Positions 27,327-39,300 are shown, counted from the first letter of the stretch. The stretch is DNA of 64,000 nt from Camelus ferus (GCF_009834535.1 NC_045696.1:93746001-93810000), one strand, 5' to 3'. Notes: generated from the letters alone by a model not told the origin. Program-made: numbers and translations.

Positions 27327-29381
27327 CGGTCACTTGGCCTAATAAAGGCAAGAACGGCCCTGCAGTTTCAAACCGCTCAACAACACTCTGTTCTGAGGCT
27401 GTTTGATTTCCTCTTTTACGTGTCGGTTTACATAAGCTTTCTAGACGTACTAGTTCATTGCTTTTAGTGCAAACAGCTGGAACTAGTGCAAACACTAAGT
27501 GCTTTTGATGTGTTACTTATAGATCACACACTGTGGTAACTGAAAGATGTTTCTTATCCGATTTCTAAAAATCTTCTTAAAATCAGATCTTGGTCTAGTT
27601 TACCGATGTTTTCGCCTATGTTTGTCAACCTCAGAGTAAACAGAAAGCTGTATAAACTCCATGAACATACTGTTCCCAGGCACGTGTTTCTACTCATAAT
27701 GTGGGTCTTGACTTCAAGGAGGGAAAAATGACATTTTGGGAATGGAAGACATGTAGCAAAACTCGGGGCTGTATTTGAGGAGGCTTGCCTCAATGCGTCC
27801 AGCACAGCCCGCGCAGTACAGGGATTGCTCCAGCTTTACACTGACGTCTAGGAAATATGTTCCTGTGTAAAACGGCAAATTTAGCTTCCCGATTCAAAAC
27901 ATGCATGCCCCTCGTCTGTAAATAGTTGTTTCCTTCATTTCTATAAAATATAAATTGTTTACTGAATTTTTTCTTTCTCTCTTAAACATGAGTGTTTTCC
28001 TTTCCCCTTTCCAATATGTCAAGACTACCCTTAAAACAAATATGTTTATGTTACAGGTAGAACTGGAAGTAGCCTTTAACTCTAACTTTCTTGGAAAAGC
28101 TTCTAAATGTAGACTCATCATCTCTAGAATCATTCTGTTTATTTGAACGGAAACCAGGGGAAAACACTGTGAGATTAAGTTTTGTGAGGTGCACCCAAGT
28201 AGAGTAACAAACTTCTGAGCAGAGCAGAGGAAAATCCTCTGACTCCACACGAAAGCATCTGTTTCTAAAGCTGCAGATATGGCAAACTTTCTTAGCCACT
28301 CTTGAAGCACAGAAAATTTTAGTTCAAATATTATTCCAAATTTAGGTGCTTTTTCATTTCTTTTCCAAGGATGTGTATCTCAAGCAAAGAAATAACTCAG
28401 TGTATTTTATTAAGTGATTGTGAGGTATGCACTTCAAGACTAATTTTTAAATGTGTTATATTGCAAAAATGCAAGAATCACCTTGTCAGAGTATTAGTAA
28501 TGTATATTTGAAAAATTATGAAGCAATTTTTCCTCAAATTGCTTTATTCTAATCATTCTGTTAACATACATTAAATGTATTACTTAAATGTTTATTTTCC
28601 AAAATTATTAAGAGTTGATACTTTACATGGTTTTAAACTTTGTACACTCTAACCTGACTCACATATATTATTTATTATTTTCAGGCTGAGTGAACTATTT
28701 TTTAAATGCTTTATTTTGGCTTCTGTTTCATTATATTGAGTCAAAATTCTAAATTACTTGACATGGGCTTTCAGATTGTTTCACCTTTAGAAGACAGTTT
28801 TGCTTACCAAGAAGTCATTTTCAAAATAATTATTGCAATAGACTTTTCCTATCTCTTATCTAACTTCTCAATATATCATTATCAAAACTTGGGATGCAAA
28901 TGTAATGTCATTAGTAATACTTGCAAAGAAAGCCTTGAATAATGCATAACATATAAATTCAAATCCAGATGTATTCTCATTATAAATATATTTAATTTAA
29001 AAGTACTTTTTATCCCCAAACTTGAGGGTTAATTTGACATAATGACACATGGCCAGTTCTGATGTTATAAATCAACAGCGTTAAATGTCTGTTACAAAAG
29101 CAAAGGTTGAATTGACTATTCTAATAATGCTTTGTAAAAGACAAGCTTTGATATGTTAAATTTAGATGTATAATTGTATGAAAGAGAAAAGGTACTTTGT
29201 TGTTTAAAGTACAATCCTGGCAGCAAAGAAATGAGAAAGAGAATTATAATAAAACTGAAGGAAAAAATGAGGACAAATCCTTTATAACTGCACAGATTTT
29301 GAGTGGAGAGGAGATGATGAAAATCAAGATTTAAAGAACACAAGAATTGTAAGACAGTAATACCCCTTTTCTCTGGTATTT

Positions 29382-29477
29382 TATATATGTATATTTGTAT
29401 ATATATATGTATATTATATAAAGTATATATATATGTATATTATATAAATATATATATATATTTATATAATATACATA
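29382..29477. repeat. Imperfect (TA)n microsatellite
   Basis: tatatatgtatatttgtatatatatatgtatattatataaagtatatat..., read directly. Confidence 0.9.
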
Positions 29478-29959
29478 TCCCTGTGTTCTGTTTTCTTTTC
29501 ACCGGACTTGGGCCTATGCTGGAGAAACTGAAAACAAAATACAAAAAAAAAAACAACCTAGGATATTAGCATTTAATTGCCCTGGGTTGCTGAATTAACT
29601 ATATAATGGATACACTTAGAAGTTCTGCTACATTGATGCAATACCAGGATTATTTCGCCAAAGCCATAGATTAAGAGGCTAATCAGCATCACATTACTAA
29701 CCTGTAACGCTTCAAACTCCAAGCCAACAGTAATTGGATCTACAAGAAAAATCTACAGAGGGCTATGGCTAAGCATGAATGACTCCTCCCAATCCCTGCT
29801 AAGAGAGGGGAAGGGTCGGCTACTTCAGTATAAAGTCTACTTACTCGCAGTGTGATTATGATTATAAAAATGTACTTCTGGTGTAGGAAATACCCTTATA
29901 GACATCTCATGTTATATTTAAATATCTTACCCTTGCATTGTTATACTGTCCTTATTATT

Positions 29960-29965
29960 AATAAA
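29960..29965 (+). terminator. Candidate distal polyadenylation signal of GPR149
   Basis: AATAAA followed ~12-35 nt later by CA and a T-rich element (cacatagtttatctcttttcttt). Confidence 0.5.
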
Positions 29966-30439
29966 TACTCTATTTCACATAGTTTATCTCTTTTCTTTAT
30001 AAATTGATGTACCAAAGACAAAAACTACTTGTTATCTCATAAAAATATCACCATCTGGTGGTGGCTTCTATAAACTGAAAAGGCATAATCCCTAAAATCC
30101 CCCAATAATATAAACACATACTATATAATCCCAAAGATTTCCAAGAGTTGTGACTGACAGAGGCAACCATTTTGCAGACAGAAAACATCACAATATTACT
30201 TAGAATATAATTAAAAAAAAAAAAAAGAGACTTGGTTACATGTTATTTGGAAGTTTTTTCTCAATATAGTTCTGTAGTATTGGATTTCATAAATAGATTT
30301 TCTCTTAATTTCTTATACTATTTCGCTACTTTCATTCATTTATTCATCATAATACTTAACAAATGCCTATTTCATGCTAAAAATTGTTCTAGGTACTTAG
30401 GATTATAAGCACAAACAAAACCAAAACAAATATATATAC

Positions 30440-31077
30440 TGTGAGCTTGAGCCAGCTGCAAATGTGGAGCACACAGCCCACACTAGACTTCCCTCACTTC
30501 TGACATCAATTGCAAGTTCAGGGTGTTCCCCAAACCACTATCAGTTTTAATAATTCACTAGAAGGACTCACAGAACTCACTGATAGCTGTATACTCACAC
30601 TTGTGGTGTTTTACAAGAAAAGAATATAGATCAAAATCATCCAAGGGAAGAAGCACACACAGCAGAATCCACAAAAAGCCCAAAAGTGGAGCTTCTGTTT
30701 TCCTCTCCCCAAGGAGTCATGGACAGCGTTACTTTCCTGGCATCCATGTGTGACCACACACATGGAGTACTGCCAACAAGGAAGCTCATCTGAGTCTCGG
30801 TGTCCAGTCATCAAAGGCGCTCCGCCATGGTAGGAGTAGGGGAGGCATGGCGGACTGCTCACAAGAATTTCCAGCTCCTCAGGAGGTCAAGCTAATATGG
30901 AATGAGTAAGTCAAAGCCTCCATCCTAAGTCATACTGTTACTATCTGGATGGTCCAAGGCCCCCAGACAAACAAAGTCACTCCAATCAGGCGTGATATTC
31001 CAAGGGTTTACAGATGACCTCCTTGGAAGGGCAAAGGCCAGCCCTCTCTTTGGATGGAATTAAGTTCTTCACTATAC
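30440..31077. mobile_element. MER21/MER77-like ERV LTR
   Basis: ctcacttctgacatcaattgcaagttc..aattcactagaaggactcacagaactcactga..; a related fragment lies at ~40040-40225. Confidence 0.7.
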
Positions 31078-31099
31078 ATTTACACACACAAACACACGC

Positions 31100-31690
31100 A
31101 TATAATGCTAAGTATTCTGACAGTAAATAGGTACCAAAGGTAATAAAAATGCTAAGAAGAATTAGAATAAAGGGATAAAGATGGAAGGAGTGCTTTTTCA
31201 AGTACTTTAGTCAGTAAGGTTGCACTGATAATGTAACAGTTCATTAAAGACTCAAATAGTGAGGAAACATGCTGTGTAATTATTTAGGGAAATCAGTCCC
31301 AGCAAAGGGAAGAGCAGGATTCCAGAAGTGTGAGTGTGCCTTTTGTATTCTGTGAAACCATCAGGGAGATCAATGTGAATGCAGATGAATGAGGGGGAGA
31401 AAAGTGGATGGAGATAAAGACAACCAGATAAGGGCAGGAAGAGGTATATCATTTGGGCCTTGTAGACCAGGTATGGGACCTTATCTAAATGAGGAGGAAA
31501 GCCATTGGAGGGTTCAACAAAGCAGTGACATATCTGATTTCAAAATCACTGCTGTCAGTGGGGAAAGACTGTACAGGAACAAACATGATTAGAGAAAGAA
31601 CAGTCAGGAAGCTATCTTAATAGTCTGGGTTAGAGATGATGTTGGCTAGGACTAGGGTTAGCAGCAGAGATGGTGACAAAATTGTATTCC
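31100..31690. mobile_element. L2 remnant
   Basis: Purine-rich L2 pattern (gaaagccattggagggttcaacaaagcagtgacatatctgattt; aggaagctatcttaatagtctgggttagagatgat). Confidence 0.65.
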
Positions 31691-31743
31691 AATTCAGTAA
31701 ATAAAGACGATTTCCTAAGTAACTAAAAAAAGTTCACATTTCT

Positions 31744-31872
31744 ATTTTGGGGAGGAGGGGATGATTAGGTTTATTTATTTATTTATGTTTATAGGAGATA
31801 CTGGGGATTGAACCCAGGACCTTATGCGTGCTAAGCATGCGCTCTACCACTGAGCTACACCTTCACCCCCTA
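31744..31872 (-). mobile_element. tRNA(Ala)-derived SINE (camelid Vic-1-like) with TSD
   Basis: Minus strand reads gtgtagctcagtggtagagcgcatgcttagcacgcataaggtcctgggttcaatccccagtatctcc followed by (aaat)n. A and B boxes present. TSD cacatttct at 31735-31743 and 31873-31881. Confidence 0.85.
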
Positions 31873-32504
31873 CACATTTCTCAAATGTCTATCTATAGAA
31901 TCTGTAACTTTAGGGGAGAAAATTACCTCTGGCATCTATTTTCTGTTAACACTCTGGAATATCTCAATGTTTCTAAAGTCCTCCATGTATTACTGAAACT
32001 ATAAGACTGAAAACTATATGTTCCAGTCTCTGCTGACAGCAAGATTCAGATTTAGCAACTGCCAATAAGAGACATTTGCACAGGATTTGGAAGGCAGAGT
32101 TGAGTAGAAGCAACAGCAGTTAAATGAGTGTTCCTTACCAGCTGAGACTTTCTCCTCTTGTGATTCCTACCAAGGCAGGGGAAAAAGTCAAAACCCAAGT
32201 AACAACTGACACTTTTCTTCATACCAGTATTTTTCTAATCTTTCTTTGAAAAATCTTCCTTGTGCAGGTTTTGACTACAGTGACATTTGTTCTAAAACGT
32301 CTGCCTAAAGCAATAGCCTCAAGCAATTCCATACTACTTCATGCTGAAGGAGTTAGGAAAAATTAGTAATTTTAAATTTATGACTAAGATTCTGTTTAGG
32401 ATCAACAAAAATAAGGTTAAGAGAAACAATACAATTTACAAAAAAATTGAGATACCACTACCTCTCTGTCTGGGATTGTCATGAGGATTGTGTGCAATAT
32501 AGAA

Positions 32505-32988
32505 TTTAGTTGCTTGCCTGTTGCTGCCACAATGAATTACTGCAAAACAGTCTTAACTAACACAAATTTACTACCTTACAATTCTTTAGTGTACAATTTT
32601 TGAAAAGGATCCTTAGTGGGCTAAAATCAAGGATCAAGGGGTTGGCAGGGTGTGTTCCTTTCTGAGGCTCTAGGGGAGAATCCATTTTTTTTTTGCCAGT
32701 TCAAGAGACTACCTGAATTCCTTGGTTTATGGCCCCCTTCCTCCATCTTCAAAGTCAACAAAAGTTGGTTGAGTCCTTATAACACACCTTTATAAACTTT
32801 TCTGTCTCCCTTTTGCACTTTGAAGGACCCTTACATGGGACCCATCCAGATAATCCAGGATAATGTCCTCATTTTAAGGTCAGTTGATTAGCAAACTTAA
32901 TTTCTCTTGGTCATGTAATGTAACATATTCACAGGTTCCAGGGATTAAGACATGAACATCTTTGGGGGTCATTATTCTGCTGACTACA
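32505..32988. mobile_element. MaLR MLT1 solo LTR (MLT1D-like)
   Basis: gggctaaaatcaagg..gaggctctaggggagaatcc..cagataatccaggataat..acatattcacaggttccagggattaagacatg. Confidence 0.8.
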
Positions 32989-33066
32989 AATGTGAATCAC
33001 CTAACCCGCTACCTAGCTAATACTAAGTGACGAATAAATGCTAGTTCTCTTCTCCGCCTTACTCTC

Positions 33067-33440
33067 TGTACTAGTCTGCTTAGGCTGCCGTAAAAAAATA
33101 CTGCAGGCTTAAGCCTCAGCGGCATAAAGAACAGAAGTTTATTCTCAAGTTTCTGGGGGCAGGGAAATCCAAGATCACGGTGCTGACTGATTTGGCTCCT
33201 GGTAAGAGCTCTCTTCCTGGCTTGTAGACAATCTCTGTCCTCAGATGGCCTTTCTTCTGAGGAAAGAGAGAGTGAGCTCTCTGGTGTCTTTTCTTTTAAG
33301 GACACTACTCCTATTGGATTAGGGCCCCACCTTTATGACCTCATTTAATTACTTCCTTACGGAACCATCTCCAAATACAGCCACATTGGGGCTTAGGGCT
33401 TCAACATATGGTTTTTGAGGGGACACATTCAGTCTATTAC
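33067..33440. mobile_element. MaLR MLT1A-like solo LTR
   Basis: tgtactagtctgcttaggctgcc..tccaagatca..gattagggccccacctttatgacctcatttaa..tctccaaatacagccacattggg..cttcaacatatg. Confidence 0.85.
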
Positions 33441-33559
33441 ATCTTCTCACCCAACAGTCCACAATATTCCCTTCTCATTTCCCCCTACCAACTCCAGTAT
33501 GACTACTCAGTCTTACTTACTGAATAATTCACATACTTGTCATATCAGGTGCGCCCAAT

Positions 33560-34990
33560 GGGTACATTTGTTGGAACTATTCATCTTAATATTTATCTTA
33601 ATATTTGCCAAGAATTCCCAAATGTATTTCAGTCTGCTCTCTGCAACTTTGACTCATATAACCAACTGCTTTCTAGACATCTCAATTTGTATGTTTCATA
33701 CGTGTCTCAAACTCTACAAGTATTAATTAAATACAATAACTCAACCCTCTTCCCAAATCCCCCCCCCCCCACCAATCCTTCTCATCCTATGTTCCTCATC
33801 TCAGGATATGGTACTTTCCCATTTGGTCATCTTTCAGATTTTAAACTCGGAAATCATTTGACCCTTCCCTCTAATTCTTCACATCCAGTGAACCATCAAA
33901 TCTTGACAATTTTTATCTCCTGATATCTTTTAACTCCAGCCCTTCCCGTATCCTATCTTACTCTGTCATCCCATTTTGTCTCCCCTACATCACAGCCTGT
34001 TAACCAGTCTCTTAACATCTACTTTTGCCTCCTCCATTCCTTTCTACTCAAAGCAGCCAAAGTAATCACTCCCCTACTTAAAATGTATTATTGTTCTTTC
34101 TGTGGCATATAAGGTCTTTCATGATCAGACTCCTTTCTATCTCTTTGGCCTTCACTATCAGTTGCTTAAATTTCAGTGTAGAATTTTCTCACTCTTCAAT
34201 GTTTTATCATCCTTCTTCATACACATTGTTACATCCACCTGTAATAATTGTCTTCCCTCCCCCTTAGTTTGGCTAGAGTCTACTTATCTCAAAAGTCACT
34301 GCTTTCCCTCTCATTCTTTAGAGATCTAACCTGACTCCAAAATTAAATTCTTTTTGCTATAACATATCATGGCTATTAGGTGAAGAGAACTTTTCCTCTA
34401 CCCTCCTATGTTTAGTTTTCCGGGACTTGCAAATTAAACTGACAAAAGACAGATTTATCACAACTAAAACATTTAATCACATTCCTATGGAAGTTCACAG
34501 AAAAATGTGACTGAAAGCACAGGTTAGAACTTGGGGCTTATATATCATCTTACAGGGAGAAGGAGAAAGGTATTTATGGGAAAACAAATGACTTTTAGGA
34601 AAGATAAATGGGCTCTTATGAGAATAAATGGAAGATATGATAATTTTGTTACAATGTCTTTTTACATGTGGTGCTGGTTTGCAGTCTCCAGTGGTAAGAG
34701 TCAATCTTGCCTAGTTCCTCTCCGAAGGAAGAGATTTATGACAATAGGGTTCTGAATTGTTTTGGGAGACTCTGCTATTAGGCAGATTAGAGACTTCAGG
34801 AACTCAAATGCCTCTGCTCAAAATAATTTTTATGCCATAGAGATATATTCTGGACCCCCTTTATAGGCACTCTCCTTTCTTAACTCATAACACATTGTTC
34901 TTCAGTCTTTATCTTCTCAAGACTATAAGCAAATGAAAGCTGATGCCATACTTGTCTTGTTCAGTGAGTATCCCTATCACCTTTAAATCA
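33560..34990. mobile_element. L2 remnant interrupted by an ERV1-like LTR
   Basis: L2 pyrimidine-rich signatures at 33560-34370, resuming at ~34865-34990. Confidence 0.55.
34376..34862. mobile_element. ERV1-class solo LTR (MER34-like)
   Basis: aattaaactgacaaaagacagattta..gttagaacttggggcttatat..ggaagagatttatgacaat..ctcaaaataatttttatgcca. Confidence 0.65.
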
Positions 34991-35559
34991 GTTACATGTG
35001 TAAATGAACTGGATATTCCCTTGTAAACTTTCAAACCTGTATGGCCCAGTCAATTGATTATTCGAGAACAGCGTGTGCTAGACATTCAAAGTGTTCTGGT
35101 CAATCAGTAATGGATGGCTTCATAGGAATCTTCAACTGCTGTTTCATTTAAATTGCCTAAGTGCTATGCACTGAATTTGGGTAGGCAGGCTCAGCTTAGC
35201 TTTTGGATAAAGGTAGCAAATAACAATAATCCTTTAAAAGAGGCACGGACATTTCTATACTTAAATTACATGTTTGAAACAGGTGCTTGGCTGTTTTCAT
35301 GCCATAGCTATTTAAAGAAAAATAGTGCACTCATTTCACTCCTTTAGGGAGTTTAGGAGACAAAGTATTCGATCCACAGGTTCTCTTACTGTGCCTATGA
35401 CGTTTACAGGGCCTAAAGGAAGCAAACTCTGGATCTTATCAGGAGAAATAAGAAAGTAAAATCCAAAATCCGTTTCCTCACATGTTGGGCATCGGGAAAG
35501 AAAACCTGCGAGCCACCTGCTGGCTATCCCTCCAAAGGTACAAAAGTAAACAACTGAAG

Positions 35560-36060
35560 GCGTAACAAAAGGGATTTCACCTGCGCGGATCCCGGGACCC
35601 ACAAGGCTGGCGGCCCTTGACGTCACCGGAAATAGCTGCTTGTGACGCTCAATGTCCCTCCCCCTCGCGCTGGGCGCCGGAAGCAAAGCGGAAGTGGACG
35701 CGCACCCGCTTCCGGGCCCGGTCGCCATTTCCAGCGGTTGCAGGTTGTCACGGGTTGAAGTCCGCTGGGACAATGAGCTATGACTACCATCAGAACTGGG
35801 GCCGCGATGGCGGGCCCCGCAGCTCCGGCGGGGGTTATGGAGGAAGCTACGGAGGGGGCCATGGAGGAGGCCATTCGGGGAACCGAGGCTCCGGAGGTGG
35901 CGGCGGTGGAGGAGGAGGGGGTGGTCGAGGCGGCCGAGGCCGACATCCCGGGCACCTGAAAGGCCGCGAAATCGGCTTGTGGTACGCGAGGAAACAAGGA
36001 CAGAAGAACAAGGAGGCCGAGAGGCAGGAGGTAATCTGAGACTCGGTAGTGGAGGGAAAT
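35560..36060 (+). promoter_or_regulatory. DHX36: DHX36 CpG-island promoter and first exon region
   Basis: Sharp rise in GC and CpG content. Contains TGACGTCA (CRE, 35618-35625), ETS-type CCGGAA/CGGAAG sites (35626, 35677, 35689, reverse at 35709) and a YY1-like CGCCATTT (35723-35730). No TATA box seen. Confidence 0.85.
35773..36030 (+). CDS. DHX36: DHX36 exon 1 (coding part): Gly-rich region and DHX36-specific motif (DSM/RSM)
   Basis: ATG in acaATGa context. MSYDYHQNWGRDGGPRSSGGG...HPGHLKGREIGLWYARKQGQKNKEAERQE, then donor GAG|gtaatc. 258 nt, phase 0. Confidence 0.97.
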
Positions 36061-37499
36061 GAGGCAGGACAGGTTTTGTTTTCCATCCTGCCGCCCCTTT
36101 TTTTTTTCTTTTGTTTTTTAACTTTGTTTTTTATCTGCTGCATGTGCTTTATGAACTGCAGGTGGTAAATCTTTCTGTAGCGGATATTAAAGCGGTTACC
36201 GTTGGCCATGAGCATCTCACTTGAAGCAGTTGAGATTTATGCGGGCCGGGTGTACACTTTCGCTTCTAAGACATGAGAGCCGGGGACAAAACAAATGTTA
36301 AATTCAGGGTCCAACCGAAAGTAACTTTATTGGGGTGTCACTGTCATAGTATCTTTGGCTACCCTTTCCCTTAAAATAATTAATGTCACTTTAACTGAAC
36401 TTCTTTGCCTGATGAACTCTAGCTGCTTAATACATAAGATACAGGCTTGCGCGGAAACCATCAAGCACTATTTTGAATATAGATCCTTCAGAAAAGTAGT
36501 CCAGCTTTCAGTTTTAGTATTAAAATAGGCACAAACTAAGGTTTTTTGATTTTACGTTGGGCTTGGGAGGTTTCTGCTAATTAGCAGCTTCTCTTTGAGA
36601 AGGAAACCTAGGATCCTAGAAGTGGAAGGAATTTCAAGAGGTGATTTGGCTTAGTCTCTTCTCTTCAGGTTGGTAAGTGTTCATTTGATTTGTATCCTGA
36701 AGAGTTGTAGTAAAGGAGACATTAAAGTTCCCTGAGTGGTCCGTTCTGATGATTACAATAAAAATAATAATTATTATTATGTGTATATATGTGATTAATC
36801 CGAAGTTTTCTTAACATAAGCTTTAGAACACTTTTTAGTAACTTTAAAAGCATCTTTCATATTAGATACAGAGTGTAGAATCGCCATTTAAATCGTTCCA
36901 TTTCTTTACTTTTCTTTTATCTGTGTCATTTTTGTTGAATGGGGAGAGGGCATTATCCATTTATCTTCACAACTTATTATACACTTCTCTTTAAAGAAAA
37001 AAAAAAACAGCGTATTTCTTTGACAACCAAAAAATTAACTTGTTCATTGAGCAAACTTTTTTTTTTTAAAAGTTATTGGAAGCACATCTAAGTCATCTTA
37101 AAATTGGAAGAATAACTGAGTAATTAGTGTTAAAGGATGTACAGAGTAACTTTCTAAAAACCCTATCAGGGTCAGAAGAACGTGTTCAGGGAACTGAGAC
37201 AAGGCATGGGTGTGGAGAGTAGTGAGGAGGGTAGAGCAGTGACTCACACTTTTGACCACTTCCCATAAAAAAGAATATATTTTAATTTGCAACCCAGTAC
37301 TCACAGGTGTATAACTGAACAAAAGTTTTATAAAATAATATTAATACTTAATTACCTGTACATTGCCCTGGGGCTTTTGTTGTTGTTGGTTTTACTTTTC
37401 TGCCCTCTTTTTTAATACTGGTCATGTTCCTTTAATTTTACAGATGGCAGTATGAAAGGTCCTGGACCAGAAAATAAACAGGCTTTGAAATTTACTGAC

Positions 37500-39300
37500 T
37501 TTTCCCTAAGAGCTCTAGCAGGCCATTAAAACGTTTAAGCAAAAAATGAAATAATTGCATTGTGTTTAAATTTACTCTGGGTAGCAATAAAAAAAGAGGC
37601 AGTCCTGGAATAGGGAGACCAGTTAAGTAGATCTTGCAGTCGTTAAGGTGGAAAATGACAGCTTGAATTAGGACACAGGCAGTGGAGATAGAGGGAAGTG
37701 GACAGCTAGAAGTGATTTAGAGTCAGAGTCAATGATTTTATCTGGAGGGAAGGGGAAAGAGGTGTGAATGAATGGCACTTTAATGACTATATGAAGAATA
37801 AGCTTGATGGAGAAAGACAACAGACTCAGCTTAAGGATACTGAGTCTGATAGTATAGAGCATACAGTTGGTGATTTCAAGGGGTAGAAGGCTACGTGGAC
37901 CTGACGCCTAGAGGAATCTAGACTTCAGGTGAACGTTTGAAAGTTTGTGGGCCTTTGGATAGTAGTTGGGATATAGAAGTGAAAGAGGAGTGGACGCAGG
38001 CCTGAACTCTGTAGACCACTGCTTCTCAAACCTGAATCACCTGGCATCTTGTAAAAATGTAGAATTGGGGTGGGGCCAGAGATTCAATTATTCTAACAGG
38101 CTCCCAGGTGATGTCAGTGCTGCTGGTCTGCAGATCACTCAGTCTGTTCCGTGTAGTACAAGAAAATGTAAGGTATGAGCCAAGGAAGAGAAGTTTGCAA
38201 AAGAATCTAGGAAGAAGCAGCCAGAGAAGAGAAAAGTAAGGAGATGGATGGAATCCAGGCGTATTGCTTAGGGAGAAAAGAGTGGATTAAGAAGAGAAGT
38301 AGTGGTGGCAAACATTGCACAGATGTCAAGTAAGATAAGAGGTCAGAGTGTCCTGGACTTAGCAGCAAGATAATTGGTAACTTTGGTGAGAGCCCTTTTT
38401 GTGGATTGGTGCAAGTAAAAGCCAGATTGCAGTGGGGTTGCTGGTGAAGGGGAAATAGAGACATGGGGCACTGTCAGGCAGTTGGAGAGATTTGTGTTCA
38501 AGTTGATGTACTTGATGGTAAGGAGCCAGTGGAGAGGAAAAGTAAATCAGAGAAGACTAAATTATGATGCCGTAGTTGTAGACAGTCCCCAGATCTTAAT
38601 GGCTTATAGCAACAAAGGTTTGCTTTCTCCTCACATTGCTTGACCATTGGAGTTCACTTGAGAGTTCTCATTATGAGAATGAGGTGCACAGAGCCTCCAC
38701 CCATCTGGAGTGTTACTTTTTGGTGGCAGCAGGGAGGAAATACAGTAAATTGCCCCTAATTCTTAGAAACTCCCATTCACAGTCACATGGCCATAGAAAT
38801 ACATTTCTACTTTATATCTGGAAAGAAGCATATTTTGTATATATTGATATACAACCTGAAGACTGCTAGAGAGCGAGAAGATAAATCTCAATAGGAGTTA
38901 GCCTTGGGTGGAAGGGAGTGGGCTGCAGGGCTTTAGTAGAAAGATTAGCCTTAAGTGGGAAAGTGGACTCCTCTTCCAATTTAGCAGAAAGGAAAAGAGC
39001 AAAAGATGGGTTCTGAGACAGGTGGGTGTGGGTTTGGTGGCAAGCAGTTGAGGACTTTTCCTTTCGGTTTTGTTTTCTTCATGAAATCTTGCGTGTGAAA
39101 TATTGAGGGTGAACAGGAAAGTGGCATGGGGGTGGTACAGAGAATGGGGAAGGTTTGAAACAGTTGCTGATAATTAGAAGCTGATGAGATGGACAATTTG
39201 CTGGGCATCATTGAGATCGCCTTTGCCAGGAATTTATAGTTAGAAGCAGAAAGATTATTTGAGGATGTCCAGAACGCCAGAGAACTGATCAAAAAAATCA
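37500..39300. mobile_element. L2 remnants with inserted MER5A-like (~38015-38145) and MLT1J-like (~38570-38800) pieces
   Basis: Purine-rich L2 motifs; accactgcttctcaaac..ttctaacaggctcccaggtgatg..tgctgctggtc (MER5A); gatcttaatggcttatagcaacaaaggttt (MLT1). Confidence 0.6.

Larger units (their letters stand above)
27327..29985 (+). other. GPR149: Probable GPR149 3' UTR
   Basis: AT-rich, largely transposon-free sequence after the stop codon. AATAAA at 29960-29965 is followed by a T-rich tract, and repeats resume about 400 bp later. The end position is inferred. Confidence 0.55.

Noticed and set aside
27184..28310. Minus-strand ORFs of 82-138 aa over the GPR149 end and 3' UTR
   Set aside because: No recognisable homology or exon structure, and lengths are compatible with chance.
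31795..31870. Possible tRNA-Ala(AGC) gene
   Set aside because: It has a SINE-type AT-rich tail, a TSD, a poor acceptor stem and a second dispersed copy at ~60620, so it is a SINE.
35617..35772. 52-codon in-frame N-terminal extension of DHX36 from a TTG in the ORF track
   Set aside because: It starts inside the promoter motifs, probably upstream of the TSS. The known protein begins MSYDYH at an ATG with a good -3 A.
35336..36215. Three 122-145 aa minus-strand ORFs over the CpG island
   Set aside because: GC-rich sequence is poor in stop codons. The poly-Pro and Ser/Ala content simply mirrors the DHX36 Gly codons, and I recognise no protein.
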